Below, piece by piece: positions 17,315 through 25,484 of a stretch of DNA of 37,184 nt (position 1 is its first letter; the number at the start of each line of letters is the position of its first letter). Origin of the DNA: Chloroflexota bacterium (GTDB lineage Bacteria; Chloroflexota; Limnocylindria; Limnocylindrales; CSP1-4); the NCBI GenBank assembly GCA_039933375.1, contig JBDTOF010000114.1, positions 1 through 37,184 of the forward strand, given 5' to 3'. Made by a program: the position numbers and the translations under genes. The notes under the pieces were generated by a model. It made no database searches. It was not told the origin of the DNA and saw only the letters and a list, made by a program, of their open reading frames with translations.

Positions 17315-18037
17315 TCAGAACGTCGGCCACGGGACGGCGGGCCAGTTGCGGCCGGGCCGCGGGAATCGTCCTCGCTTCAACAGCGCGCTGGAGCGTCGCC
17401 GCGTGGCGGTGACCTCGGGCCGTGAGAGCAGCACCCGCAGCGCCTTTCCGAGATCCGCCTCCAGGTCGGCCCGGACGCGCTCGACGCCGGCCCGTTCCTC
17501 TTCCGTCAACGGAGTCCCCATCCACCCCCAGAGCACGGTTCGGAGCTTGGGAACGGTTGAGAAGGTGACCCCGTGATCGACCCCGAAGACACGCCCATCC
17601 GGTACCGGGAGGAGATGTCCGCCCTTGCGGTCGGTGTTGTTGACAATCGCATCGAAGATTGCCATCCGCCGCAGCCGCGGGTCCGGATCCATGACCATGG
17701 CCACGATGTCCACCGTGGGATCCGGATGGATCCATTCCTGGACCATGCCCTCGCCGAACGGCCCCTCGCGGAGCACCGTAGGTGGAACCAGCCCCCAGCC
17801 CGTCGCCTCGGAGACGAGGAAGGCGGCAACTTCGCGGCGGGCAAGGGTTCCGTGCGGAAAGTCGAACAGCGGCCGCTCGGCGACCGCGGCCTTGTACACC
17901 GCGTGGAATGGCTCGGCCAGGGCCTGATGATGGACGAGGACCACGAGCGCCTGATTGGATGATCCCGGCAGCCGACCCAGGACCTCGATCTCGCCGTCGC
18001 GCAGACCCTGGAGCGTCAGCGGATCGGCGCGACGCAG
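17315..18037 (-). CDS. SCO1664-family protein (PI3/PI4-kinase-like fold)
   Basis: The ORF track gives 17315..17944 (GTG). The same frame upstream reads ...LRRADPLTLQGLRDGEIEVLGRLPGSSNQALVV, matching the conserved family N-terminus (GEL.V.GR...ASN). Downstream motifs are VYKP-like AVYKAA, NNTDRKGGH and GVDHG. No ATG/GTG/TTG exists upstream; candidate CTGs are at 18037, 18019 and 18004. The start is inferred. Confidence 0.8.
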   Translation of the reverse strand: MRRADPLTLQGLRDGEIEVLGRLPGSSNQALVVLVHHQALAEPFHAVYKAAVAERPLFDFPHGTLARREVAAFLVSEATGWGLVPPTVLREGPFGEGMVQEWIHPDPTVDIVAMVMDPDPRLRRMAIFDAIVNNTDRKGGHLLPVPDGRVFGVDHGVTFSTVPKLRTVLWGWMGTPLTEEERAGVERVRADLEADLGKALRVLLSRPEVTATRRRSSALLKRGRFPRPGRNWPAVPWPTF

Positions 18038-18038
18038 C

Positions 18039-18680
18039 TCAGTTGACGTACTGACCGTTCCGGCGGGGGCAGATGTGACCCTGCGAGTCGAGCGGGTTCC
18101 CGCACAGCGGACACGGCGGCCGGCCGGAGCGAACCACCCGGAGTGCTCGCTCCACGAAGGCCCGGGCGACCGTCGCCGTAATGTGAACCCGGAAGATGTC
18201 GGGGCCGTCGGCGTCCGAGTCGGCGAGCAGGTTCGAGATCGCCGCTACGAGCGTCTGGGTTTCGATCGGATCGTCGGCGTCCCCTGGCCCGGTCTCTTCG
18301 TCCTCGTCCTCGTCATCCTCGTCGTCCTCGACGTCGCCGTCCTCGCCAATCGCGCGAGCCTCGATCAGGACGCGTTCGACGTCGCCATCCCATCCAAGCG
18401 TCAGCGTGCCGGCCCGGAATGCCTCGGACAACGGCTCATCGAGCGGGGCGACGTCTTCGGTGGCGGGGGGCTCCAGCTTCACGATCCCACGCTCATCGAG
18501 CTCAACGAGCATCCGCCCGAGACGGTCGGCCAGCGCAGCGACCTGCGCCTTCTCAAGCGACACGCTGACGATCCGCGAGCCCTGACGGGCCTGCAGGAAG
18601 AAGGTCCGGTTTCCGGGCTCGCCGACCGTGCCGGCGACGAAGCGATCTGGTGGATCGAAGTTGAAGGTGCGACGAGGCAT
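18039..18680 (-). CDS. DUF3090 domain-containing protein
   Basis: 213 aa. The N-terminus is RFVAGTVGEPGNRTFFLQA. An acidic insert reads DVEDDEDDEDEDEE. The C-terminal motif is CPLCGNPLDSQGHICPRRNG. Confidence 0.85.
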   Translation of the reverse strand: MPRRTFNFDPPDRFVAGTVGEPGNRTFFLQARQGSRIVSVSLEKAQVAALADRLGRMLVELDERGIVKLEPPATEDVAPLDEPLSEAFRAGTLTLGWDGDVERVLIEARAIGEDGDVEDDEDDEDEDEETGPGDADDPIETQTLVAAISNLLADSDADGPDIFRVHITATVARAFVERALRVVRSGRPPCPLCGNPLDSQGHICPRRNGQYVN

Positions 18681-18730
18681 GTGCCGAATCTATCCGATCC
18701 GGGCCTGAACCTCGCTCGAGGTGGTTCGTC

Positions 18731-20317
18731 CTACTCGACCTGGAATGCGATTCGGTGCCAGCCCCGCGCTCCGTCGGGATCCGGACGCGTCGCGGTCTGG
18801 GTCTGCGTCACGCCAAGTCCGTCGGTGGCACGAACCTGAACGGTGTGAAAGCCAGTCGTAACGGAGGTGGAGTATTTCCACTGGACCCACGTGGCGTCAG
18901 AGATCGGCACCGAAAGCGAAGCGTCGCGGAATTCAGCATCGTCGAGCGAGACTTCGACCCGCGAGACGCCCCGATCGGGTGCCCACGCGACGCCCGCGAG
19001 GACGAGCGGGCCACTGGCGACCGTCCGTCCGACCGCCGGCACGTCAATCCGCGCCTGGGTCAGGATCGGCGCCTCCTTGGCCCAGCCGAGGGGGATCCAG
19101 TAGGCATCGAAGGCCTCGAGGGTCGTGAGTTCCAACTCAGTCACCCATTTCGTGGCCGAGACGTAGCCATACAGGCCCGGCACGATGACCCTGGCCGGAT
19201 AGCCATGTTCGCGGGTCAACGGCTCGTCATTCATTCCGATCGCGATCATCGGCTCGCGCTCCGGGTCCATGATCCACGCCGTCGGAGATCCGGCCGTCCA
19301 GCCATCCACGGAGCGGCCGACGAGTTGCGTTGCAGCGGGCTTCACGCCGGCAAGATCGAGTACATCCCGCAGCCGGACCCCGGTCCACTTGGTGTTTCCG
19401 ACCAGGTCTCCGCCGACTCGATTGCTGACGCAGGCGATCGTCATGTACTGCTCGATGATCGGAAGTTCGATCAACTGCGCGTAGGTGAGCGTGACCTCGC
19501 GATCGACCATCCCGTGGATCCGGAGCGACCAGGTGCTGCGGTCGACGTTGGGCGGGATGAGCGCCGTATCGATCCGGTAGAAATCCTGCGTCGGCACGAC
19601 GATCGGGGTCAGGCCCGGGATGCCGAGATCGGCACCCGCCGGTAGCGAGACGGTGTCCGGAGCCGTTGGCAGGACCCCGGGTTTGGTCAGACGCTGTCGG
19701 TTCAGGAGTGTGCGTCCGACCGCTCCGGCGACGACGGATCCCACCACGACGGCTCCGCCCCGGATCAGCAGCGTCCGTCTCGACCAATCCGGCATCGAAG
19801 CGGACCCGGACGCGGGCGCCGACGCGGTGGCGGAGGCGGACCCGTCGCCCAGGGGGATCAGGCCGAGGAGGCGGTCCAGGACCGCGGCACCGACCGCGAA
19901 CTCCGCGAGTCCCGCGCCAACGGCCAGGACCTGAACCGTATCCGAGTCGCGAAGGCCAGCCAGGAATCCGACCGCGACGAAGGCGCCGACGATGCCCATC
20001 CCGAGGGTGAGGCGCACGCGTCCCACGAGGCCCACGACCGCTCCGATCCCGAGTGCGACGCCCAGGACCAGCACCTCGAGGGCCAGCTTGTCGGCCGTCC
20101 CGAAGAGGGATACAAAGACGTCCTTGGCACCGGGGGGCTGGAGATCGATGATGACCCGCCCGACGGACAGGATGGGCGACGGCGCACCCGCGAGCAGCCC
20201 CGCAACGAGTTCGCCGGTCGCGAGGGCCGCACCGGTTGCCACGACGCCGGCGAGCGCGGCGGAAGACACCCGGGTGGGCAGGCGCATTGACTTCGCTGCT
20301 GGTTCGCCTGAGCTCAT
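18731..20317 (-). CDS. Molybdopterin-dependent oxidoreductase (sulfite oxidase-like) with N-terminal membrane domain
   Basis: Five N-terminal hydrophobic helices are followed by FYRIDTAL...TIACVSNRVGG...HGYPARVIVPGLYGYVSATKW (Moco-binding fold with active-site Cys). Confidence 0.85.
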   Translation of the reverse strand: MSSGEPAAKSMRLPTRVSSAALAGVVATGAALATGELVAGLLAGAPSPILSVGRVIIDLQPPGAKDVFVSLFGTADKLALEVLVLGVALGIGAVVGLVGRVRLTLGMGIVGAFVAVGFLAGLRDSDTVQVLAVGAGLAEFAVGAAVLDRLLGLIPLGDGSASATASAPASGSASMPDWSRRTLLIRGGAVVVGSVVAGAVGRTLLNRQRLTKPGVLPTAPDTVSLPAGADLGIPGLTPIVVPTQDFYRIDTALIPPNVDRSTWSLRIHGMVDREVTLTYAQLIELPIIEQYMTIACVSNRVGGDLVGNTKWTGVRLRDVLDLAGVKPAATQLVGRSVDGWTAGSPTAWIMDPEREPMIAIGMNDEPLTREHGYPARVIVPGLYGYVSATKWVTELELTTLEAFDAYWIPLGWAKEAPILTQARIDVPAVGRTVASGPLVLAGVAWAPDRGVSRVEVSLDDAEFRDASLSVPISDATWVQWKYSTSVTTGFHTVQVRATDGLGVTQTQTATRPDPDGARGWHRIAFQVE

Positions 20318-20413
20318 GGATCGACCCTACTGTGACGGCATGACGGGATGGTGACGGAGCGGCTGGCGGTGTCGACTGGCTATGATGGCCGCCATGCTAT
20401 CGACCGCTCGGTG

Positions 20414-21094
20414 ATGGACGTCAGCCTTCAGCTCGATCTCGCGCTCCGGCTGGTCATCGCGGCTGCCCTCGGCGCCGCCGTGGGAGCCGAGCGGGAAATT
20501 CACGGGCATCCGGCCGGCATCCGGACTCACATGCTCGTCGCCCTCGGGTCCGCGCTCTTCACGGTCATGTCGATTCACGGCTTCACCATCGACGGCGCGG
20601 CAACCGGCGCGATCGATCCAACCCGTATCGCCGCCCAGATCGTATCCGGCATCGGCTTCCTCGGAGCCGGCGCCATCCTCAAGGACGGCGTGGTGATCCG
20701 TGGCCTGACGACGGCCGCCAGTCTGTGGGCAACGTCGGCCGTGGGCATGGCCGCTGGCGCCGGCGAGCAAATCATTGCGGTTGTCGGGGCGGTGATCATC
20801 CTGACCAGCCTATGGCCGATCAACGCACTGGCCGAGCGCCTTCGTGGCTCCCATCTCCCGGAACTCCAGGTGCGTTTGACCCTCGAGCACGTCGAGGCGC
20901 TGGGGAGCATCTCGGCGGTCCTGGGCAATGCCAAGATCGACATCGCGTCCCTGCAAACGCAGCGGCTCGGGAAGGACGAGTACCGGGCTGATCTGTCGCT
21001 CCGCGGGCGCTCCGATAACGCGATTTCATCCGCCCTCGAGGCGATCGCTCGTATTCCCGGCGTGGACATCATCACCACGAGCCGAACGGACTGA
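20414..21094 (+). CDS. MgtC/SapB family membrane protein with C-terminal ACT-like domain
   Basis: Internal ATG of ORF 20348..21094. Motifs are GAAVGAEREIHGHPAGIRTHMLV and SGIGFLGAGAI. Confidence 0.8.
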   Translation: MDVSLQLDLALRLVIAAALGAAVGAEREIHGHPAGIRTHMLVALGSALFTVMSIHGFTIDGAATGAIDPTRIAAQIVSGIGFLGAGAILKDGVVIRGLTTAASLWATSAVGMAAGAGEQIIAVVGAVIILTSLWPINALAERLRGSHLPELQVRLTLEHVEALGSISAVLGNAKIDIASLQTQRLGKDEYRADLSLRGRSDNAISSALEAIARIPGVDIITTSRTD

Positions 21095-21101
21095 CCGCTC
21101 G

Positions 21102-22268
21102 ATGACCGGTCGGCCACGGGCGCGCGACCTCGGGATCGTGATCGGGGAGGGGACTCCCGGCCCCCTCAATGCGCTCACTGACGTGCCCGGCGTACGCGTG
21201 GGCCACGCGACGATCATCGAAGGTGATGGCCCGCTCGTCGTTGGGCAGGGTCCCGTTCGAACCGGTGTGACCGTCGTGATTCCGCATGACGGCGACATCT
21301 GGCGGGAGCCGTTGTTTGCAGCTCCGCATGTCCTCAACGGCAATGGCGAGATGACAGGCCTCGAGTGGATTCGCGAGGCCGGGATGCTCGGCGGAGCCAT
21401 CGGGATCACGAATACGCATTCCGTCGGCGTGGTGCGCGATGCCCTGGTCGCAGAAGGCGTTCGTGGTCGCCCAGCAGGGTCGTTCTTCTGGTCGCTTCCG
21501 GTGGTGGGGGAGACCTGGGACGGCACGCTGAACGATGTCGACGGCTTCCATGTTCGGCGGGAGCACGTGATGGCTGCCCTGGCAAATGCTCGCCCGGGGC
21601 CGGTTGCCGAGGGCAACGTCGGCGGTGGAACCGGGATGATCTGCCATGAGTTCAAGGGTGGGATCGGCACGGCCTCTCGAAGGCTGCCGGACTCGAGCGG
21701 GGGCTGGACGGTCGGCGTTCTCGTTCAGGCCAATTATGGCCGGCGACGTCTCCTGCGGATCGATGGCGTTCCGGTGGGCCGGGAAATCCCGATCGCCGAA
21801 GTTCCGGCGGCAGCGTTGCCCGCGGCCGAGGTGGAAACTTCGATGGCCTCGGGCCCAGGCGCGCGCAAGCGTGATGGCTCGATCATCGTGATCGTGGCAA
21901 CCGACGCCCCGATCCTGCCGCACCAGTGCCGCCGCCTCGCCCAGCGGTCTTCCCTGGGGGTCGCCCGAATGGGCGGCCTGGGAGGCACGACCTCGGGCGA
22001 TCTCATGCTCTGTTTCTCAACGGGCAATCGAGCCATGCCGCCGCCCGAGATCGACCCCGACGGGTCGGGCGTGTTCTCGGTTCGAACTCTGATCGACACG
22101 GCATTGGATCCGCTGTTCGAAGCGACGGTCGAGGCAACCGAAGAAGCGATCCTTAACGCGCTGGTTGCGGCCGAGACGATGGTCGGCCGCGACGGGATCA
22201 CCGCTCACGCGTTGCCGCACGATCGATTGCGCGAGGTCATGGCTGCCGCGGGGCGCCTTCGCAGTTGA
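21102..22268 (+). CDS. P1 (DmpA/S58) family aminopeptidase
   Basis: Internal ATG of ORF 20928..22268, 7 nt after the MgtC stop. Motifs are NALTDVPGVRVGH, LNGNGEMTG and GNVGGGTGMICHEFKGGIGTAS. Confidence 0.85.
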   Translation: MTGRPRARDLGIVIGEGTPGPLNALTDVPGVRVGHATIIEGDGPLVVGQGPVRTGVTVVIPHDGDIWREPLFAAPHVLNGNGEMTGLEWIREAGMLGGAIGITNTHSVGVVRDALVAEGVRGRPAGSFFWSLPVVGETWDGTLNDVDGFHVRREHVMAALANARPGPVAEGNVGGGTGMICHEFKGGIGTASRRLPDSSGGWTVGVLVQANYGRRRLLRIDGVPVGREIPIAEVPAAALPAAEVETSMASGPGARKRDGSIIVIVATDAPILPHQCRRLAQRSSLGVARMGGLGGTTSGDLMLCFSTGNRAMPPPEIDPDGSGVFSVRTLIDTALDPLFEATVEATEEAILNALVAAETMVGRDGITAHALPHDRLREVMAAAGRLRS

Positions 22269-22335
22269 CGCCAGCAGGTCGGGCGACCGCGTCCTGCGCC
22301 GACGGTTGACAGCCGGAGGACGGTCACGCAGGCTA

Positions 22336-22351
22336 TTGCAACACGTTGCAG
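22336..22351 (+). promoter_or_regulatory. Candidate Fur/Nur-type operator TTGCAA-CACG-TTGCAG upstream of the NiCoT-Fur operon
   Basis: There are two TTGCAA-like hexamers, the first itself palindromic. The core TGCAAC-AC-GTTGCA is a perfect inverted repeat. It ends 10 nt before the TTG start at 22361, and a TTGACA hexamer lies at 22306-22311. Confidence 0.45.
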
Positions 22352-22360
22352 TAAGGGCGG

Positions 22361-23371
22361 TTGATCTTGTCTGGCCATCTCCTTGCCGAACTCGCGACGA
22401 CAGGTGGCGTCGGTCTTCTCGGGACCGCGCTGGTCCTCGGTATCCGCCACGGCTTCGACTGGGATCACATCGCCGCGATCAGTGACGTGACCTCGACCAG
22501 CGCCGCCGCCGACGTCGCCGAAGACGTCCACGAAACCGCGCACGCGTCGGCGCCGACCTCAGATCACGAGCATTCGCACGGTGGTCCGGACGAGCTGGCC
22601 GCCCACGCAGGAGTCACGGCCCCGGTCCACGCCCACGTCGGTGCCGGCGGGTCACCGGATGGTGATCACGTGGCGGTCGCCGCGGTCCACGGCCACGTCT
22701 TCGCGGAGGAACGTCGGGCGCTCGCCCTGGGCACCCTGTACGCGCTGGGACACGCCCTGGTGGTCGCGGTCCTGGGCACGCTCGCGCTGCTCTTCGGCGC
22801 CGTGCTTCCGGACTGGGTTGACCCGATCATGGGTCGGGTCGTTGGCATCACGTTGGTACTCCTCGGGGTATGGGTATTCATCTCGCTCTACCAGTACGCG
22901 CGGCACGGGCATGAATTCCGTCTCCGAAGTCGCTGGATGCTCGTGTTCGACGCGGCCCGCCTCGGCTGGCATCGATTCCAGGCTCGTCTGCACGGCCATG
23001 AACACGCCGATCCGATCGAGATGACGGCCTACGGCCCGAGAACCGCTCTCGGCGTCGGGATGATCCACGGGATCGGGGCGGAAACCGGGACCCAGGTGCT
23101 CCTCATCGCCGCGATCGGGGGTGCCTCGAGCGAGGGACTCGGCCTGCCGATGCTGGGCGCCTTCATCATCGGCCTTTTGATCTCGAACTCGATCATTGTC
23201 GTTGTGACGTCGATGGGATTCATCGCCAGTCGCCTCCGGGAGCGGCTGTATGTCGTTGTCGGGGTTCTGGCCGGAACGTTCAGCCTGGTCATCGGCACCC
23301 TGTTCCTCATTGGCGCCGACACTTCCCTGCCGGCAATCGACCAGTGGCTTCAGAGCATCGGAATCCGATGA
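22361..23371 (+). CDS. NiCoT (HoxN/HupN/NixA) family nickel/cobalt transporter with His-rich loop
   Basis: The signature RHGFDWDHIAAI corresponds to RHA.DADHI. YALGHALVV and GMIHGIGAETGTQV are also present. A loop of about 70 aa carries about 12 His (HEHSH, HAHV, HGHV). TTG start. Confidence 0.8.
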   Translation: MILSGHLLAELATTGGVGLLGTALVLGIRHGFDWDHIAAISDVTSTSAAADVAEDVHETAHASAPTSDHEHSHGGPDELAAHAGVTAPVHAHVGAGGSPDGDHVAVAAVHGHVFAEERRALALGTLYALGHALVVAVLGTLALLFGAVLPDWVDPIMGRVVGITLVLLGVWVFISLYQYARHGHEFRLRSRWMLVFDAARLGWHRFQARLHGHEHADPIEMTAYGPRTALGVGMIHGIGAETGTQVLLIAAIGGASSEGLGLPMLGAFIIGLLISNSIIVVVTSMGFIASRLRERLYVVVGVLAGTFSLVIGTLFLIGADTSLPAIDQWLQSIGIR

Positions 23372-23838
23372 ACGCGCGGGCTGCGGAGCCGCCATCCTCG
23401 AGTGTCGCGTGGGATCGCATTCCTGATCGTGTTCGGGCACGTGGCCTGCGCTGGACGCCGCAGCGGGCAACGCTCGTCTCCGTCCTGGCGCAGGCCGAAG
23501 GGCATGTCACGGTGAGTCAGCTCATCGAGCGGTGTCGTGAGCTCGAACCGGACACGACGCCGTCAACGGTGTATCGAACGCTCGACGTGCTCGAGACGCT
23601 CGGCGTGATCAGCCATAGCCACGGCCGTGACGGCCGCCAGATCCTTCATGTCCGGCCGGCCAGGGCACATGGCCATTTGATCTGCTCGACCTGCGGGTCA
23701 GAGGAAGATCTGCCGTCCGCCGAGGCATCGACGTTCCTGCATGCGATCCAGCGTGACCGCGATTTCGTCGCCAGCCTGGACCACCTGTCCGTGACCGGCC
23801 TCTGTCACGCCTGCCGTTCGTCGGTGGCGTCGGACTGA
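23368..23838 (+). CDS. Fur family metalloregulator (possibly Nur/Zur-like)
   Basis: Its ATG overlaps the transporter stop (ATGA). Motifs are RWTPQRATLVSVL and TVYRTLDVLETLGVI. Metal ligands are HSH, H.ICSTCG and CHAC. Confidence 0.85.
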   Translation: MNARAAEPPSSSVAWDRIPDRVRARGLRWTPQRATLVSVLAQAEGHVTVSQLIERCRELEPDTTPSTVYRTLDVLETLGVISHSHGRDGRQILHVRPARAHGHLICSTCGSEEDLPSAEASTFLHAIQRDRDFVASLDHLSVTGLCHACRSSVASD

Positions 23839-23846
23839 GCAGCCGC

Positions 23847-23874
23847 CGGAAACGCGTGCGACGTCGCGGTTCCG
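23847..23874 (+). terminator. Stem-loop 9 nt after the Fur stop (possible intrinsic terminator, no U-tract)
   Basis: CGGAAACGCG-tgcgacgt-CGCGGTTCCG forms a 10-position stem with one A/G mismatch and an 8-nt loop. Confidence 0.4.
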
Positions 23875-23991
23875 AGGTACGAAGGTACGGATTACGGAGG
23901 GCGGTCGCGACTGCGACGGTCTGTACGACGGGTAACCATGTAGAACGTGTCGGCTGATTGCTGCCCGTTGCGGCTGGCACCTTGAGATGAC

Positions 23992-25377
23992 TTGCGCGGT
24001 CGCCATGCGAACTCTCACTCAGCGCGCGCGCCCTCGTCCGATCCGGCCGGGATCAACCGCGATTTGAGCACCTCGAACCGCTCCGCCTCCTCGCTCGCGA
24101 CCGCTATCGGATCGGCCGGGGTCCGGTCGATCCTGCGACTGGCCGGCTCTCTGGCCGTGCGTGGACCGTCGTTCCCGTCTGGTCGCCTGGCACTTCTCGT
24201 CTGGAGCTACGTGCTCGTCGCCTCGGCCATGCTGGTCTGGCTGACCATCGCCGTGCCCGTCGTACCAACCATCGCCGTGCCGTTCGCGATCGGCGGTATC
24301 GACCCGATCGTGCTCGGCGTGTTCGTCTGGATCGCCGTCGGACTTGCCACGTCGTCCCGCGGATCCGCTGACGAGGGCCGGGTGACGATCATCTTCGGCG
24401 TCGCGCCGATCGTTGCGTCGTTCGCCCTCGGCGGACCGACGGCCGCGATCTGGGTTGCCGCGATCGGCAGTCTTGAACGACGTGAGCTCAGTGGCAAGGT
24501 GCGTTGGTACGGGGTCCTGGCGAACCACGCCATGATCATGATCCCGGCAGGCCTTGGGGGAATCGTGGCTCAGGGACTGCTCGGGATGGGGTTCGCGGCT
24601 GACCCGCAACTCGGCAACCTCACCGCGGTCGCGGCGGGGGCATTCACATTCTGCAGCCTCAACCTGGCCCTGGCCGTCCTGACCGTATACATCCGAGCCG
24701 GGCTGCGACCCTCCGAGGCCCTCGGGATCTCCTGGCGCGCGATCACGACGATGATGGGCGCCGAATCGGCCCTCGCCTGGGTGTTCGCGGCCGCGTATGT
24801 GTCGCTGGCCTGGTGGAGCCCGGTCGTCCTGGTCTTCGCCGATGCGGCGGCATCGTCATCCATTGATCGGAGTCGGGCGCACTGGATCCTACGCCACGAT
24901 CAACTGACCCAGCTTCCGAATCGGCTCGCCCTGACGGAGCACGTAGCAGAGCTTCGCCGTAAGCAGACCGATCGGGCCTGCGTCTTCTACATCGATCTGG
25001 ATGGGTTCAAGGAGGTCAACGACACGCTTGGACATCAAGTTGGTGACGAGGTGCTCCGCGAGATCGGCAATCGCCTGAGCGACCTAACCATGCGCGGCGA
25101 TTTCCTGGCGCACCTCCACGGCGACGAATTCGCCCTGGTCTCGGCCACCGTGCCGTCCGAAGATCAGGCCACGGAACTGGTCGACGCCGTCACCCGGACG
25201 GTCGAAGTTCCCATCGAGCGAGGGGCCGACACGATCCGCGTATCTGCCTCCGTCGGCTATCAATTCCTCGGCGGGGCGTCGGACCTGGAGGCCGTTCTGC
25301 ACGATGCCGACCAGCAGATGTCGGCGGCGAAGCAGGCCCGACGAATCGCCAGCGGTCGGGATCGCCGCCGCCGGTAG
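23992..25377 (+). CDS. Membrane-bound GGDEF-domain protein with non-canonical HGDEF motif
   Basis: About 290 aa of hydrophobic helices are followed by DQLTQLPNR...FYIDLDGFKEVND.LGHQVGDEVL...LAHLHGDEFALV. The TTG start at 23992 is uncertain. Confidence 0.8.
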   Translation: MRGRHANSHSARAPSSDPAGINRDLSTSNRSASSLATAIGSAGVRSILRLAGSLAVRGPSFPSGRLALLVWSYVLVASAMLVWLTIAVPVVPTIAVPFAIGGIDPIVLGVFVWIAVGLATSSRGSADEGRVTIIFGVAPIVASFALGGPTAAIWVAAIGSLERRELSGKVRWYGVLANHAMIMIPAGLGGIVAQGLLGMGFAADPQLGNLTAVAAGAFTFCSLNLALAVLTVYIRAGLRPSEALGISWRAITTMMGAESALAWVFAAAYVSLAWWSPVVLVFADAAASSSIDRSRAHWILRHDQLTQLPNRLALTEHVAELRRKQTDRACVFYIDLDGFKEVNDTLGHQVGDEVLREIGNRLSDLTMRGDFLAHLHGDEFALVSATVPSEDQATELVDAVTRTVEVPIERGADTIRVSASVGYQFLGGASDLEAVLHDADQQMSAAKQARRIASGRDRRRR

Positions 25378-25484
25378 GTCGCGTGGCCCGAGTGGCCAGG
25401 ATCGGAATGACTTCCGTACCACGGCCTACGCGATCCGCGTTCGGTACGTTGCGGACCGTCACCAATCCAATCTGGAGCGCATTG

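Noticed and set aside
18285-18350. Tandem-looking GTCCTCGTC/GTCATCCTC nucleotide repeats.
   Set aside because: They are the antisense of the in-frame acidic (D/E-rich) insert of the DUF3090 protein. This is low-complexity coding sequence, not a repeat element or array.
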